Part shown: piece by piece, positions 29,448-40,047 of the stretch
How the letters are laid out: each line of letters starts with the position of its first letter
Numbering within the stretch: position 1 is the first letter of the stretch
DNA from: Acidobacteriota bacterium
Lineage (GTDB): Bacteria > Acidobacteriota > UBA6911
NCBI GenBank assembly: GCA_963664705.1
Contig: OY761556.1
Span: forward strand, 1,376,001 to 1,440,000
Direction: 5' to 3'
Length of the DNA stretch: 64,000 bases
The notes under the pieces: generated by a model
The model's database searches: none
Seen by the model: the letters and a program-made list of their open reading frames with translations, nothing else
What the model was told of the DNA's origin: nothing
Position numbers and translations under genes: made by a program

Positions 29448-30549
29448 AGCTCTCTACCATCCGAGTGGCTCCGTAGCAGGCGCGATAGTGATCATAAGCG
29501 CGTTTTTGCATGTTTGTTAGGATGGATGGTTCATTTACCAATCTCTGCAATACTGCCTCGATTTGTTTTGTATCTCTATCTACTAGAAAGCCTGTGACGC
29601 CATTGATAACGGCCTGGGGAATCCCTCCTACAGGAGTGGCAATCACCGCAACACCAGCCGCCATGGCCTCAAGTACTACCATCGGCAGACCCTCAACACG
29701 CGAAGGCAGTGAAAGGACATCTATTTGGGGCATGATATTTATTCCAGCGTTGTGGACATAGCCCCAAAAGCGGGCAAATTCGCTACGCTCTTCACACCAG
29801 CGACGTGCTTCTTCCTGCTCGGGTCCTTGGCCTATTATCCAAAAATGAACAGCCATGCCGCGGGAACGTATTTGCTCAACTGCCGCAGCCGTAATGCGCC
29901 AGCCTTTACCGTCATCGATCATGCCTACGTGGCCAATTACTATGTCGTGGGATTTCGCATGTTGGCGTGAGGGCGGAGGGCCGCCCTCCACACCGTTCGG
30001 TGTCACGCGGAACAATTCTAAGTCCAATCCGAATACGTCTCGAGCAGTATGTGCTTCCGGCGGTGCCACTGAAGACAAAATACAACCTGCTTTGATCAAC
30101 CGCTGCGCAAAGCGTCTGTGAATAAGTCGTCGTATTGGTTGTTTCAATAATGGCGAATTTGCGGCCATTCCATGGAACGTAGCTACCTGAACGAGACCAT
30201 CAATAGCCGGCCGGCGACCAATGAGCGCACCCGAAAGCCACGCATTGTGGAAGTGCACTGCGTGAGTGCTTGCCTCATGATCTGAGATGAGCGTCTTCAC
30301 CCAAATATTGACGGAGTGATTAAACAAAAGATGGTAAAGAAAGGCAGCTGTTCCAAAAACTCTCGGGGAATAAGCAAGTCTAACTCGAAAGGGAAGGTCT
30401 CGCAGATCGGCACGGTAGGGCCAATCCGATGGAACCAATAGCCCTACGGTTACATGGTATCCAGCCTTGCACTGTGCGATCGCGAGCGTCTTAATTGCGG
30501 ACCAGACACCGGTTCTGGGATTCCTTGCTATGTGGAGTACAGCGATCAT
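29422..30549 (-). CDS. GT4 glycosyltransferase
   Basis: TPNGV, PSRVEGLPMVVLEAMAAG, VGGIP. Confidence 0.9.
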   Translation of the reverse strand: MIAVLHIARNPRTGVWSAIKTLAIAQCKAGYHVTVGLLVPSDWPYRADLRDLPFRVRLAYSPRVFGTAAFLYHLLFNHSVNIWVKTLISDHEASTHAVHFHNAWLSGALIGRRPAIDGLVQVATFHGMAANSPLLKQPIRRLIHRRFAQRLIKAGCILSSVAPPEAHTARDVFGLDLELFRVTPNGVEGGPPPSRQHAKSHDIVIGHVGMIDDGKGWRITAAAVEQIRSRGMAVHFWIIGQGPEQEEARRWCEERSEFARFWGYVHNAGINIMPQIDVLSLPSRVEGLPMVVLEAMAAGVAVIATPVGGIPQAVINGVTGFLVDRDTKQIEAVLQRLVNEPSILTNMQKRAYDHYRACYGATRMVESYEQLYKRT

Positions 30550-31433
30550 TTTAGATTACGCGACACACCCAATTCAATAAAAGGGCGCTGCAAATCTCGG
30601 ATCTGTTGCCAAGCAGCATCTGATAGCGCCATGGAACAATTCTTAAGTCGAAATGAGTCCAGCACGCCTGAAATCGAGCCTGATAAACACGGCAGCTTTG
30701 GCGACGTGCGTCGCGCTTTAGCTATTCCCCGTATCAGGCCCTGAATCAAACCGCCGGGCCAATGTCGGTTGAGTGCCCAAAGCAGAACTGTGTTACGTCC
30801 GTATTGGAATGCCTCCCATGCGAGATCTCGAGATTGAGATACATGATCATGAAAAATGACGAATGAAGGTTCCTCCAGGATCGAAAAGGAAGCCCCGATT
30901 AGTCTCCAAGCTAAATCCGTATCTTCACAACCGAATCTCAAAGTTTCCCTATATCCGCCAATCTTAGCAAAGCTTTGCGCGCGGATTAGCGATCCACCGC
31001 CGTTAAGAAATGCGACGGGCTTGGCCAAACCGTAAGGGGGACATGAATCCCGGCCGTCATAGCTTCGCACAAGTCTGGCCGTGACGGCTCCATAATGGGG
31101 ATTCTTGGCTAAGAAAAGTGCTGCTGCGGCTACGCTTTCCGCACTTTGGGGGTACGTATCGTCATCAAGAAAAAGTGCGAAAGGCGCCGATACTATGTTC
31201 ATTAGTGCATTACGCCCGAATGCCGGCCCTTCCCACCGCCGGCCAGCAATTACCTTAGATCTGCCAAGGCTATCAATGGTGAGATTCGCTGTTGGCACAT
31301 CGGATGCATCATCATAGATCCAAATTGGGCACGCTAACCCGGCTTGTCTCGTTTTTTCAATTGTTCGACAGAGACTTTGCGGGCGATTGCGCGTACAGAT
31401 GACAACCTCAACCGATTCTAAGAGCGAAGTCAT
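30546..31433 (-). CDS. GT2 glycosyltransferase
   Basis: VVICTRNR, DDAS, GRN, FLDDD, EDTDL; ATGA overlap with the upstream gene. Confidence 0.88.
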   Translation of the reverse strand: MTSLLESVEVVICTRNRPQSLCRTIEKTRQAGLACPIWIYDDASDVPTANLTIDSLGRSKVIAGRRWEGPAFGRNALMNIVSAPFALFLDDDTYPQSAESVAAAALFLAKNPHYGAVTARLVRSYDGRDSCPPYGLAKPVAFLNGGGSLIRAQSFAKIGGYRETLRFGCEDTDLAWRLIGASFSILEEPSFVIFHDHVSQSRDLAWEAFQYGRNTVLLWALNRHWPGGLIQGLIRGIAKARRTSPKLPCLSGSISGVLDSFRLKNCSMALSDAAWQQIRDLQRPFIELGVSRNLK

Positions 31434-32527
31434 GCTGAATGGCCAAGTTCCTCTCGTATTGCCATGGCAAGCTTTGATTGGTGGAGCCCCCACTGGTGTG
31501 CTGATCGGTGTATTGCTTCCGGGAGCCCTAAATCTCCTACTAGTGTGTCCCAAGCCTGCTTAAGGTTTGCTTCGCTGGTTGAATCTAGGAGCACGCCATA
31601 GCGAGCCAAACCAACAGACCTTAAAAAGTCAAGGCACTTTGAACGGTAGCACATTAGAATTGGAGGCACGCCGGCGGCGCAGGCAAGTACAGCCGAATGC
31701 AGCCGAACTCCAACAACTGCCGTACTCCCTGACAGCAGTTGAAATATGGCTGGTATTGAGTCGCAGACTTTTACCATGGATGCATCCATCCGTGCCTCCT
31801 GCATAAAAGCCTGGAGCGGCTCCTTGTCCTCCTTGCACAAAGCCATGCCAATTACCTCGCCGCCCGAATTGGCAAAGCTTTGCGCTATCAATGAGAGACC
31901 CTGCAGTGGCAAATCGCGATAGGTTGTGGGGGTTGGCGCAGCCAAGTTTATGATTAAGCGTGGGACCGTTCGTCGTTTTGGGATTTCTAAAAGAGCCAAT
32001 CCGAGCGCCGGGTCGCCAACGACCTCAACATTGCGCACTCCAATCTTCTCAAGCGCTTGCTTTGAATCCGGGCCTCGTACAGTTACTCTGCGGAATGCGT
32101 TCAATGCCTCAGCCCAACCATCCAAGTCCGACTCGATTGGTTCTCCAAATCCAGCACTACCAACCCCTGTTCCGAACGAATACATAGGAATCCCAATTTC
32201 CAATGCTCGCCGAACTATTGGTAAGTACCCGGCGTTGATAAGTGTACCTCCGCCCAATATTATGCCAGAAAATACAGAAGGCCCATTGAGTTGCAAAGCC
32301 CCTAACAAGCGCTCCTTGCAGGCTCCACCAAAAGGGGAAACTGGCATAGGCGATAGCTTACGACAAATAGCGGCGTACAGTGCTTCATCTCCAAGATTCC
32401 CGTGCCCCTGCCAGCCAATATAGCCAACTGCTGGTTCCAAGGCGCATTGTCTCCAAATCCGGATTACGGCCGTTTCGACAATACTCAATGCTGCTCTGGC
32501 GGATCTGCTCAAGCCTGTAGCTGGCAT
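31430..32527 (-). CDS. Polysaccharide pyruvyl transferase family protein
   Basis: GNLGDEA, GGGTLI, TVRG, DPAL, RLHSAV. Confidence 0.88.
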   Translation of the reverse strand: MPATGLSRSARAALSIVETAVIRIWRQCALEPAVGYIGWQGHGNLGDEALYAAICRKLSPMPVSPFGGACKERLLGALQLNGPSVFSGIILGGGTLINAGYLPIVRRALEIGIPMYSFGTGVGSAGFGEPIESDLDGWAEALNAFRRVTVRGPDSKQALEKIGVRNVEVVGDPALGLALLEIPKRRTVPRLIINLAAPTPTTYRDLPLQGLSLIAQSFANSGGEVIGMALCKEDKEPLQAFMQEARMDASMVKVCDSIPAIFQLLSGSTAVVGVRLHSAVLACAAGVPPILMCYRSKCLDFLRSVGLARYGVLLDSTSEANLKQAWDTLVGDLGLPEAIHRSAHQWGLHQSKLAMAIREELGHSA

Positions 32528-32626
32528 GCCAATAGCTTACCTCAATTTACTAGAGCGATAATATTTTGATGAAAAAAGGAATCCTACTTTCAAAATTATG
32601 GCGCAAGAGCTTTCATGCCAGCGAGG

Positions 32627-34999
32627 CTATTCTACTATGCATGGTGGGTCGCTTTTGTCACAGTCTTGGCTTTTGCTAGCATCGGAATTAGGCTGGAAGA
32701 CTGTCCCGTACCGAAACTGCCAATTCTGCCGCCGCTTGTCCAACGGTTCCAAGCCCCAGTAATTCAATGGCCAACCAATCTTTAAAAGTCGATCTCCATT
32801 GTGCACGGCTTCAAGGCTATCCCGTTCAGGTGTGAAGCCTAGTCGGAGCATCGTTTCGGACCGCACGCCAGGATCCACTCCCGCCACCAATATCCGCCCA
32901 CTCGGAACCAAAAGAGCAGTGATCTTTTCAAGACAGGATGAGGCATCTGTTGTATTCATGTGTACCAGGAAATTGTTAGCTAAAACAAAATCCTGAGGCC
33001 CGATTTTGGTCCTTAGCTCGGGATCTCCGGCGTCGCCTACATGCCACCTAACATTTTGTCGATATGCTGCCCGCACTTGCAGCCCTTCTGATACTCTAAC
33101 AAGGAGGCTCCCGCATCGAGGATCACTTTCATGCCCCGCCAGTTCATAGACGCCTAATTGCGCTTGCTTGATTGCCTTTAACGAAATATCCACGGCGGTA
33201 AACTCGATGGGAAGGGCCGGACAGCATTGCCGCAGCATATATATTACCGAGTAGAGTTCCTCACCCGTACTGCAGCCTAGTACTGCAATTCGCAGTGGTC
33301 TCTCTCCCCTTTTGTGTTTCTTAACCATACGAGCCAACAATTCTAGTTGTGCAAGGTTACGGAAAAAGTGTGTCTCTAAGCTCTGGCCTTTCATTTGGGC
33401 TGCGCAAATCCTGGAATGAACATATCTTCCAATCCATCGCAGCGGGACCCATCGAAGAAGCGTTGCAGCAAGGCGACGCAAGATGGAAGTAACGTGCCTT
33501 ATTGCTGCACTCAAAAAACGAATCTCTGGATCCGGGGCCTTTCGGGCACCGTTACAATCTGAATCACGTCCTTTGTACATACGATCTAGTGTGCGCTCCA
33601 AATATATCCACGCTGGCAGCACGAAGAGAATGGTGAACGCAATTGTCATGGCTGCGGGTGCTCCTGCGAGTCCGTAATGCTTTACTAATCCGATTTTGAG
33701 CCCTGTTCCCAAAACTGTCATAATTACAGTGGAGATAAGCCTGAATCGCAACTGGCCAAGTGCTGCTAAGGCAGTACTTAGGACGTAACCTATCTGGCTC
33801 ACAACTGTCCATAGTGCCAGTGCGGCCAGCAAGCCCACTCCAGGCTGAATCTGTGAGCCGACCCACCACCGAATAAGTAGTGGTCCACAAAAAACAAAAA
33901 TCAAGCAGGGAACGCCCGCCGAGAATGCGCCCCATATAGTCATCCGCCGCAATGTCTTTTTCAGCCAGTCGTAGTCCCGCCGAGTATGAGCCTCGGTTAA
34001 GGCAGGCCATAAGGGCAGAAGCGCCGCATTTAGGAGTGCCGAACTGAGCAAGAAAAGCCGCAATGGCACGGCATACTGTGCTACTGATGTCGGTCCAAGT
34101 AATTGTGTAATAATCAGGTTGTCTGCTGAAACCACCACAGCTGCGCAGATGCTTGCGCCAGTGAAGTATAGTCCCTGACTTGCTAGCTTCAATGTCAACT
34201 CGCGAGTTATGCCAGCTAACGATGGTCTCAACCAAGGCCTGGTTACACCGAATAGCACTACTCCATTGAGAGCTGTCGCCAACAGCGGCGAGCCCACGAA
34301 AACCAGTACCAGAAAGGGAAGCGAGGACTTCATCCAAACGGCAACTGAGAGAGCCACTAAGCCTGTCAAAGCGCCAGCTGACTGCCATAGGTCGTTGCGG
34401 AAACCTTCTTGGTAGCCAAGTTGGACATGTCGAACTACCGACAATGGCATGCTTGCCAGGAAACACAAAATCAATACTGCTGCTGTTGGCCCAGCTTCGC
34501 TCCGGGCCGGTTCTGTGGCAATATTAAAAAACCTTGCCCAAGGGACAAATTGATACATAAGGGCTAGTAGAGCCGCGGAAAAAAGTGCGATTGAGGAAAG
34601 CAGACCGACAGCAGAGGATACAGCGGCGCGTGCCTGAGTGCGTTCGCCTTTCCCATCAGCTTCTGCTATAGCATTCAGAAGTCCTTGCCCCAATCCTAAG
34701 TCCAAAAAACCGAGAAATGCTACTAGGGATGTAATGGTCATCCATAATCCGAATCGCTCTTGTCCGAGATATGTCAACGTCATTGGGACGGAAATCAAAG
34801 CTGAAGGAACCGAAATCGCCCGCGCTCCAATCGACGACAGGACATTCAGTGAGATTTGCCGGTATCGTCGTTTCGAACGACCTTGAGCTGTTGATGCGTC
34901 AAAATTTCCTCTCAGAAAGGTACTGGTTTTGCTCCCAACAAATACTAAACGCATCAAAGCGTTATTGAATGAAGATCTATTCCAGCAGTTTTGTGACAT
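32627..34999 (-). CDS. wzx: Wzx flippase fused to a C-terminal CheR-like SAM methyltransferase domain
   Basis: About 480 aa multi-TM N-terminus (YLGQERFGLW, DLGLG, DNLII..LLG) followed by THFFRN, GCSTGEELYS, VDIS, DFVLANNFL. Confidence 0.85.
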   Translation of the reverse strand: MSQNCWNRSSFNNALMRLVFVGSKTSTFLRGNFDASTAQGRSKRRYRQISLNVLSSIGARAISVPSALISVPMTLTYLGQERFGLWMTITSLVAFLGFLDLGLGQGLLNAIAEADGKGERTQARAAVSSAVGLLSSIALFSAALLALMYQFVPWARFFNIATEPARSEAGPTAAVLILCFLASMPLSVVRHVQLGYQEGFRNDLWQSAGALTGLVALSVAVWMKSSLPFLVLVFVGSPLLATALNGVVLFGVTRPWLRPSLAGITRELTLKLASQGLYFTGASICAAVVVSADNLIITQLLGPTSVAQYAVPLRLFLLSSALLNAALLPLWPALTEAHTRRDYDWLKKTLRRMTIWGAFSAGVPCLIFVFCGPLLIRWWVGSQIQPGVGLLAALALWTVVSQIGYVLSTALAALGQLRFRLISTVIMTVLGTGLKIGLVKHYGLAGAPAAMTIAFTILFVLPAWIYLERTLDRMYKGRDSDCNGARKAPDPEIRFLSAAIRHVTSILRRLAATLLRWVPLRWIGRYVHSRICAAQMKGQSLETHFFRNLAQLELLARMVKKHKRGERPLRIAVLGCSTGEELYSVIYMLRQCCPALPIEFTAVDISLKAIKQAQLGVYELAGHESDPRCGSLLVRVSEGLQVRAAYRQNVRWHVGDAGDPELRTKIGPQDFVLANNFLVHMNTTDASSCLEKITALLVPSGRILVAGVDPGVRSETMLRLGFTPERDSLEAVHNGDRLLKIGWPLNYWGLEPLDKRRQNWQFRYGTVFQPNSDASKSQDCDKSDPPCIVE

Positions 35000-35302
35000 T
35001 GAACGCGCCTGACAATCGATTCCGGATCAAATGCTATCAATAAGCTATGGAGATAAATCCTATTGCCTCGCCTAGTTCTGTTTCTATTGGAATGTGAGGT
35101 GCAAAAGTATTTATGATTGGAAATCGCTGGAGGTCTTCCCGAATCCTGACAGAACCATTTATCCCCAAGTCGAATTCTGCCAGCTGCTCGGTCAATGTTT
35201 GTTGGTTTGGCATATTCATAGCGTAAGGCTAGGAATTCGATTCCAGGATTAACTGAGGCCGAATAGGCTAGGATTTCCTCATTCTGCTGATGTTGGTATT
35301 GC

Positions 35303-37705
35303 CTAATTCAGATTAGTGGTCCGGACAGCGGACTCTTCCGAAACATAGGCAGAATAGTCGGCATACTGTTTTAAATAATGATGGTAGTCGCTGTGCATGA
35401 GATCGACGTTGTTACACAGAACGCCGATGATCCTGGATCGAACCAGTTCCAGGTTTTTCCTGGCTCTCCTGATGATATCCGGAGAATTCTTTCCGCCCTT
35501 AATGACCATAATTACGCCGTCGGTCATTGGAGCCACGATGACTGGATCTGTTACCGACATCATGGGCGGCGTATCCACCAACACAAAATCGAATACGCCT
35601 ACGGCTGCCGTCAGGGCTTCCTTCATTCGCGAAGAGCCCAGCAGTTCACCGGGATTGGGCGGATAGGCACCCGCATAGGCAACGTATACATTCGGAATAT
35701 TTGTCTCCTGTACCAGCTCATCAAACTCAACCTGGCCGGTAAGGTACTCGCTTAAGCCTGCATTGCCATTGCCGTTGAAAATTCTTCTGATCTTGGGCCG
35801 GCGCATGTCGGCATCGATGATCAAGACCTTTTTTCCTGCCTGCGCCAGGCTGATGGCCGTGTTGCAGACCGTCGTCGTTTTACCCTCGCCCGCTTTGCAT
35901 GAAGTCACCATGATGGTGCGCGGGGGATTATTCGGCATGGACAACAGCAGCGCCGTGCGCAGCCCGCGATAGGCCTCCGCAATTGGCGAATTGCCCGCAA
36001 CCAAGGACGCCAGTTCAACCCCTTTTTGCGTCAGCGCCAGGGACTGAGTTTTTTTTCTGGAATTGCGATGGTAATAATAGCCATAGCGCCCAACCGAGGA
36101 CTGAAGACTCGGTACCAGGCCAAGAGCAGGAAGACCAATTTGTTCTTCCACATCCTCCGGCGTTTTGACGTTGTTGTCCATATAGTTCAGCAAAAATGCC
36201 ATGCCCAGGCCCGCAAAAAGACCAATCACAAAGGCCATGTACAGATTCATTTTCAAATCGTTGCTGATCGGCGCTGTCGGAGTTTCCGCCTGGTCCACGA
36301 TCCTGATATTGCTCGACTTCAGCCCGGTGGCCACGCCGGCTTCCTTCATCCGCTGCAGCAGGCCGTCGTACAACTGTTTATTCGTCTCTACTTCGCGTTT
36401 CAGAATGCTGTAATGAATATTGTATTCATTCAACTGATCGGCCTGGCGCTTCTGCGCATTGTAGGCGTCAAACAGCAGATTCTCGCGGGCCAATGCCGTT
36501 TTATACTCATTGTCACTATTTTCTAGTGCGAGCCGCTTTTCCCTGAGAAGCTGGCTCCTCTCCTGGCTCACCTTTGCCTCAATCTGCTTGACCTGGGGCA
36601 TCGAGGGTCCTAACTGCGATTTCAGCCGCGCCAGATCCTGCTCGTCCATGACCAATTGCTCTTCCAGCTTCCTGATCAGGTCTGTGCGCAACCCTTGCGG
36701 AAAGTTTTCCGGCGTTGCTTTCGCCATGGTCCTGTACACAGACTCTTTTTCCATGCGCGCCGTTCGGGCTTCCGTGAGCTTGGAATTCAGATCGGCCAGC
36801 GTCTGGGTGACGACGTCCTGCTTTTCCCCAACGCTGGTAATGCTGTGGGTGCGCGCATACTCAATCATGGAGGCATCCGACTGCTCGACCTTCGCCTTCA
36901 GGTCGATCAACTGCTTCTGCAGAAAATCGGTCGCGCGGGTGTTGGCATCGTACTTGGCCTGGAAGTTGTACTCGATATACTCGCGTATCACTGTGTTGAC
37001 AACCTGCGCCGCCAGCTTTGCGTCCGGGGAGGAATAGGAAACCTCCACAACCCTGGAATTTCGCACCGGCGTCACCTTCAATCCGCCCAGAATCAGCTCG
37101 GCGCCCTGGTGGATCCGCTCTTCCCGGGTAAGCGCGTGCTTTGTTTCCTTGGGTGCGGTTCTGCCGGGCAGCAGTGACATTAAGAATGCCCAGCGCTGCG
37201 GCGGATCCGCCTTCACCGGGATCTCTTTGTCAAAGCCGGCCGCTACCGCCGCCCGCGCGGAAAAAGTCCGGCTCGTCAAATGCTTGATCTGCGTCTGCAG
37301 GAATTCCTGGTAATCGTAATAGTAATTGGATTGCTGGTTGACGCTCTGATAGGGAAGTATGTTTTCCGATTCCTGGTCTATTTCCAGCTTGGCCGTGGCC
37401 TGGTAAATCGGGATCTGGCGCAGACTGTAAATCGTCGCCAGCGTCAAGGCAATCGCGATGCAGCTCAGAATCACCCACTTGCGCTTCATCACCAGCCGGT
37501 AGTATTCGCGGATGTGCTTGCGCTGGTGAAACATCAGATCCAGATCCATCGGATGCGTCGGAGGCTGCATCGGGTATAAATCGTAGGGATTAGGCCCGTA
37601 GCCCTGGATGTCGTACGGATAATGCCGTTCGACCGGCAGGTTGCCGTTACCGTTACCGTTATGACCGTTGCCGTTGTTATTGTGATTATTTTCGTTTTCT
37701 GACAT
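35303..37705 (-). CDS. wzc: Wzc polysaccharide co-polymerase / BY-kinase
   Basis: Two TM segments, EAYRGLRT, GEGKTT, IDADMRRP, VDTPP, Tyr-rich tail. Confidence 0.95.
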   Translation of the reverse strand: MSENENNHNNNGNGHNGNGNGNLPVERHYPYDIQGYGPNPYDLYPMQPPTHPMDLDLMFHQRKHIREYYRLVMKRKWVILSCIAIALTLATIYSLRQIPIYQATAKLEIDQESENILPYQSVNQQSNYYYDYQEFLQTQIKHLTSRTFSARAAVAAGFDKEIPVKADPPQRWAFLMSLLPGRTAPKETKHALTREERIHQGAELILGGLKVTPVRNSRVVEVSYSSPDAKLAAQVVNTVIREYIEYNFQAKYDANTRATDFLQKQLIDLKAKVEQSDASMIEYARTHSITSVGEKQDVVTQTLADLNSKLTEARTARMEKESVYRTMAKATPENFPQGLRTDLIRKLEEQLVMDEQDLARLKSQLGPSMPQVKQIEAKVSQERSQLLREKRLALENSDNEYKTALARENLLFDAYNAQKRQADQLNEYNIHYSILKREVETNKQLYDGLLQRMKEAGVATGLKSSNIRIVDQAETPTAPISNDLKMNLYMAFVIGLFAGLGMAFLLNYMDNNVKTPEDVEEQIGLPALGLVPSLQSSVGRYGYYYHRNSRKKTQSLALTQKGVELASLVAGNSPIAEAYRGLRTALLLSMPNNPPRTIMVTSCKAGEGKTTTVCNTAISLAQAGKKVLIIDADMRRPKIRRIFNGNGNAGLSEYLTGQVEFDELVQETNIPNVYVAYAGAYPPNPGELLGSSRMKEALTAAVGVFDFVLVDTPPMMSVTDPVIVAPMTDGVIMVIKGGKNSPDIIRRARKNLELVRSRIIGVLCNNVDLMHSDYHHYLKQYADYSAYVSEESAVRTTNLN

Positions 37706-37759
37706 TTTTTTGCTCGCTTTTAACGCTGACGGACGCCGACTTACCCTGACACACGCTGA

Positions 37760-38644
37760 CTAGTAAAGAACCAGTCTCGATAAGATCGAGGAGGGCAGGG
37801 TGGTGATGGTTGCCCAACCCAGGTTTTTCGTTACACTGCTGGGAACAAAGACAAGGTCATTGGGTTGAAGATCGAGATCCGGCGCCTGGCCTTTCAGCAC
37901 TTTGCCTGTATTGAAGGCAATTCTGTCCATGGAGCCGTCCGCCTTCTGGCGCAGCAGCGTTCCTTCCTTCAGCTTGGCTGTCTTGGTCGGACCGCCCGCT
38001 TCCGCCAGTGCTCTCGACAGCTTGATGCCCTTGCCATCCGGCAGATCAAACGGTCCCGGCTTGCTCACATCGCCAATTACATAGACCGCACTGATTGCGC
38101 GCTGCGGGATGCTGATAACATCGCCGGGAAGAATCGCGATATCCAGGGACATATCTCCCTGGATAAGGAGTTTTTTCAAATCGACTTCAATCCCTGCTCT
38201 TCCAACGCGCTGTATATTGGCTTTGTCGCCGGCTTTCAGTAAGTCCAGGCCGCCCGCATTCGCGATCGCCGAGACCAGCGTCATCGATTCCTGCAGCTGG
38301 TATTGCCCGGGCTTCATCACCGCGCCCATCAATGAATAATTGCGGCTGCGCGGGTCCTTGATGCTCACCGACACCTGCGGATCGTTGACGTATTCCTTGT
38401 CCAGCAGCCGGGCCAGCTTCGTCTCCACCTGGCGGCAGGTGAGCCCCCTCACTTCCACATCGCCAAGAAAGGGCATCCGGACCGTCCCTTCACCGCTCAC
38501 CCGCAGCTCTTTCGTGAAATCGGCTACGCCGAGCACGTTGACGTCCAGCACATCGCCGACGCCGATCGCAAAGTCGGAAGGTGGCTGCGCCTGTCCCGCG
38601 ATCGTCAGCAGAAGTAATACAAGTGTAATACATGCGCTGCGCAT
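37760..38644 (-). CDS. wza: Wza-like polysaccharide export protein with SLBB domains
   Basis: IGVGDVLDV, G.V.MPFLG, PQVSV, GAVMKPG, AGG repeats. Confidence 0.9.
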   Translation of the reverse strand: MRSACITLVLLLLTIAGQAQPPSDFAIGVGDVLDVNVLGVADFTKELRVSGEGTVRMPFLGDVEVRGLTCRQVETKLARLLDKEYVNDPQVSVSIKDPRSRNYSLMGAVMKPGQYQLQESMTLVSAIANAGGLDLLKAGDKANIQRVGRAGIEVDLKKLLIQGDMSLDIAILPGDVISIPQRAISAVYVIGDVSKPGPFDLPDGKGIKLSRALAEAGGPTKTAKLKEGTLLRQKADGSMDRIAFNTGKVLKGQAPDLDLQPNDLVFVPSSVTKNLGWATITTLPSSILSRLVLY

Positions 38645-38648
38645 GCCG

Positions 38649-38915
38649 TTACGCCTCCTTGTGCCCATTGACCTCGGCCGATTCGCTCAACTTCTGATTC
38701 AAACTGCGGACCACCCGGTCCAACTCCTCAACGCGCGCCTTCAAGGCCGCCATAGAGAGATCACCCAAACCCTGTGCCTGCTCACACGCCACCGTACGCG
38801 CAAAGTCCGAAAGACTGCGCGAACCGCGGGAAAGACAGCCTGCCATCATCGCCTCATACTCTGTTTCCGACAGGCGAAAGCTCACTGTCCGGGATCTGCG
38901 CTTCAATACCGACAT
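38649..38915 (-). CDS. Small ribbon-helix-helix (MobC-like) protein heading the EPS operon
   Basis: RTVSFRLSETEY...GSRSLSDFAR plus coiled-coil tail. Confidence 0.7.
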   Translation of the reverse strand: MSVLKRRSRTVSFRLSETEYEAMMAGCLSRGSRSLSDFARTVACEQAQGLGDLSMAALKARVEELDRVVRSLNQKLSESAEVNGHKEA

Positions 38916-39142
38916 GTTGTTTCCTTCATGGTTGCGGAGGGGAATATACAGCTTCGCCCCTTCAGTCACAGGGCTGCGGGGCTATTCGAGAGAAGTTTTG
39001 TGGTGCGCATTACTTATGTATTACTTTCGTATTCTGCTCAATGGCTCGGGGGTGTAGAGTCACTTGCCCTCATCGGCCCCTGTAAAATGAAGAATGTGAA
39101 GTAATTGTCAAGAATTATGAAGAATGGTGAATAATTAAACTT

Positions 39143-39214
39143 AAACGTTGGACGAAAAAACGTTGGACGTTGGGACGTTGGACGTTGGACGGGGAAACGT
39201 TAGACGTTGGACGA
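39143..39214 (+). repeat. ACGT-core tract (G-rich on +)
   Basis: aaacgttggacgaaaaaacgttggacgttgggacg. Confidence 0.9.
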
Positions 39215-39278
39215 TGGGGACGGGTATAGCACCTGGGTGCTATTGCCAAATTTCTATTTTGAATGTGTAATCCTGCTT

Positions 39279-39914
39279 ATGCTCACGCGCATTCTCATCG
39301 CCGACAGCCAGGATATGCTCCGCGAACTCCTGAAACGCCTGCTCGAATCGCAGCCGGACTTCTTCGTGGTCGCCGATACGGGCGACGGCGAGGCGCTCGA
39401 ACACCTCGTCGCCGAGCATTCCCCCGATGTGCTCGTCTGCGATCTGAATCTGCGCCGGCGCTCCGGCATCGATGTCCTGCAGGAAATTGCAGCGCAATTC
39501 CCGAAAGTCAAACCGATCGTCCTGACCGATACCATCGACGATGGCAGAATATTCCAGGTGCTGCTGCGCGGCGCCCGCGGGCTCGTCATGAAAGACGCCC
39601 CCGCCGCCACACTATATAAAAGCATTCGCACCGTCATGGCCGGGCAGTACTGGATCAGCCGCGATGGCGTCTCCGGCCTCATTGAATATATGCGCGCCTT
39701 CGCCGCATCCATCGAACAGGGAAAGACCCACCATACCCACCATCTGACGCCCAGGCAGCGGCAGATCGTCAAGTCCATCGCCGCCGGCTGCTCGAATAAG
39801 GAAATCGCCGACGAACTCGAAATTACCGAAAGAGCCGTCAAATATCACCTTACACGGCTGTATCAGATTTTCGGAGTCTCCGGGAGAATGGAACTTGCGC
39901 GCGTAACGTTATAA
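39279..39914 (+). CDS. NarL/LuxR-family response regulator
   Basis: PDVLVCDL, GARGLVMK, LTPRQ...GCSNKEIA HTH. Confidence 0.88.
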   Translation: MLTRILIADSQDMLRELLKRLLESQPDFFVVADTGDGEALEHLVAEHSPDVLVCDLNLRRRSGIDVLQEIAAQFPKVKPIVLTDTIDDGRIFQVLLRGARGLVMKDAPAATLYKSIRTVMAGQYWISRDGVSGLIEYMRAFAASIEQGKTHHTHHLTPRQRQIVKSIAAGCSNKEIADELEITERAVKYHLTRLYQIFGVSGRMELARVTL

Positions 39915-39980
39915 CGTTGGACGTTAGACGTTGGACGAAAAAACGTTGGACGTTGCGACGTTGGGACGTTGGACGATTGG
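39904..39980 (+). repeat. ACGT-core tract containing the regulator stop codon
   Basis: taacgttataacgttggacgttagacg... Confidence 0.9.
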
Positions 39981-40047
39981 GCCCGGTTTCACCTGCGTTG
40001 CCGGATTCGTGATAATTTGTGGAATTCGTGGCAATTAACCGTCCGTG

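Noticed and set aside
35037-35219. 60 aa ORF between wzc and wzx
   Set aside because: No recognisable motif; cannot be supported as a gene.
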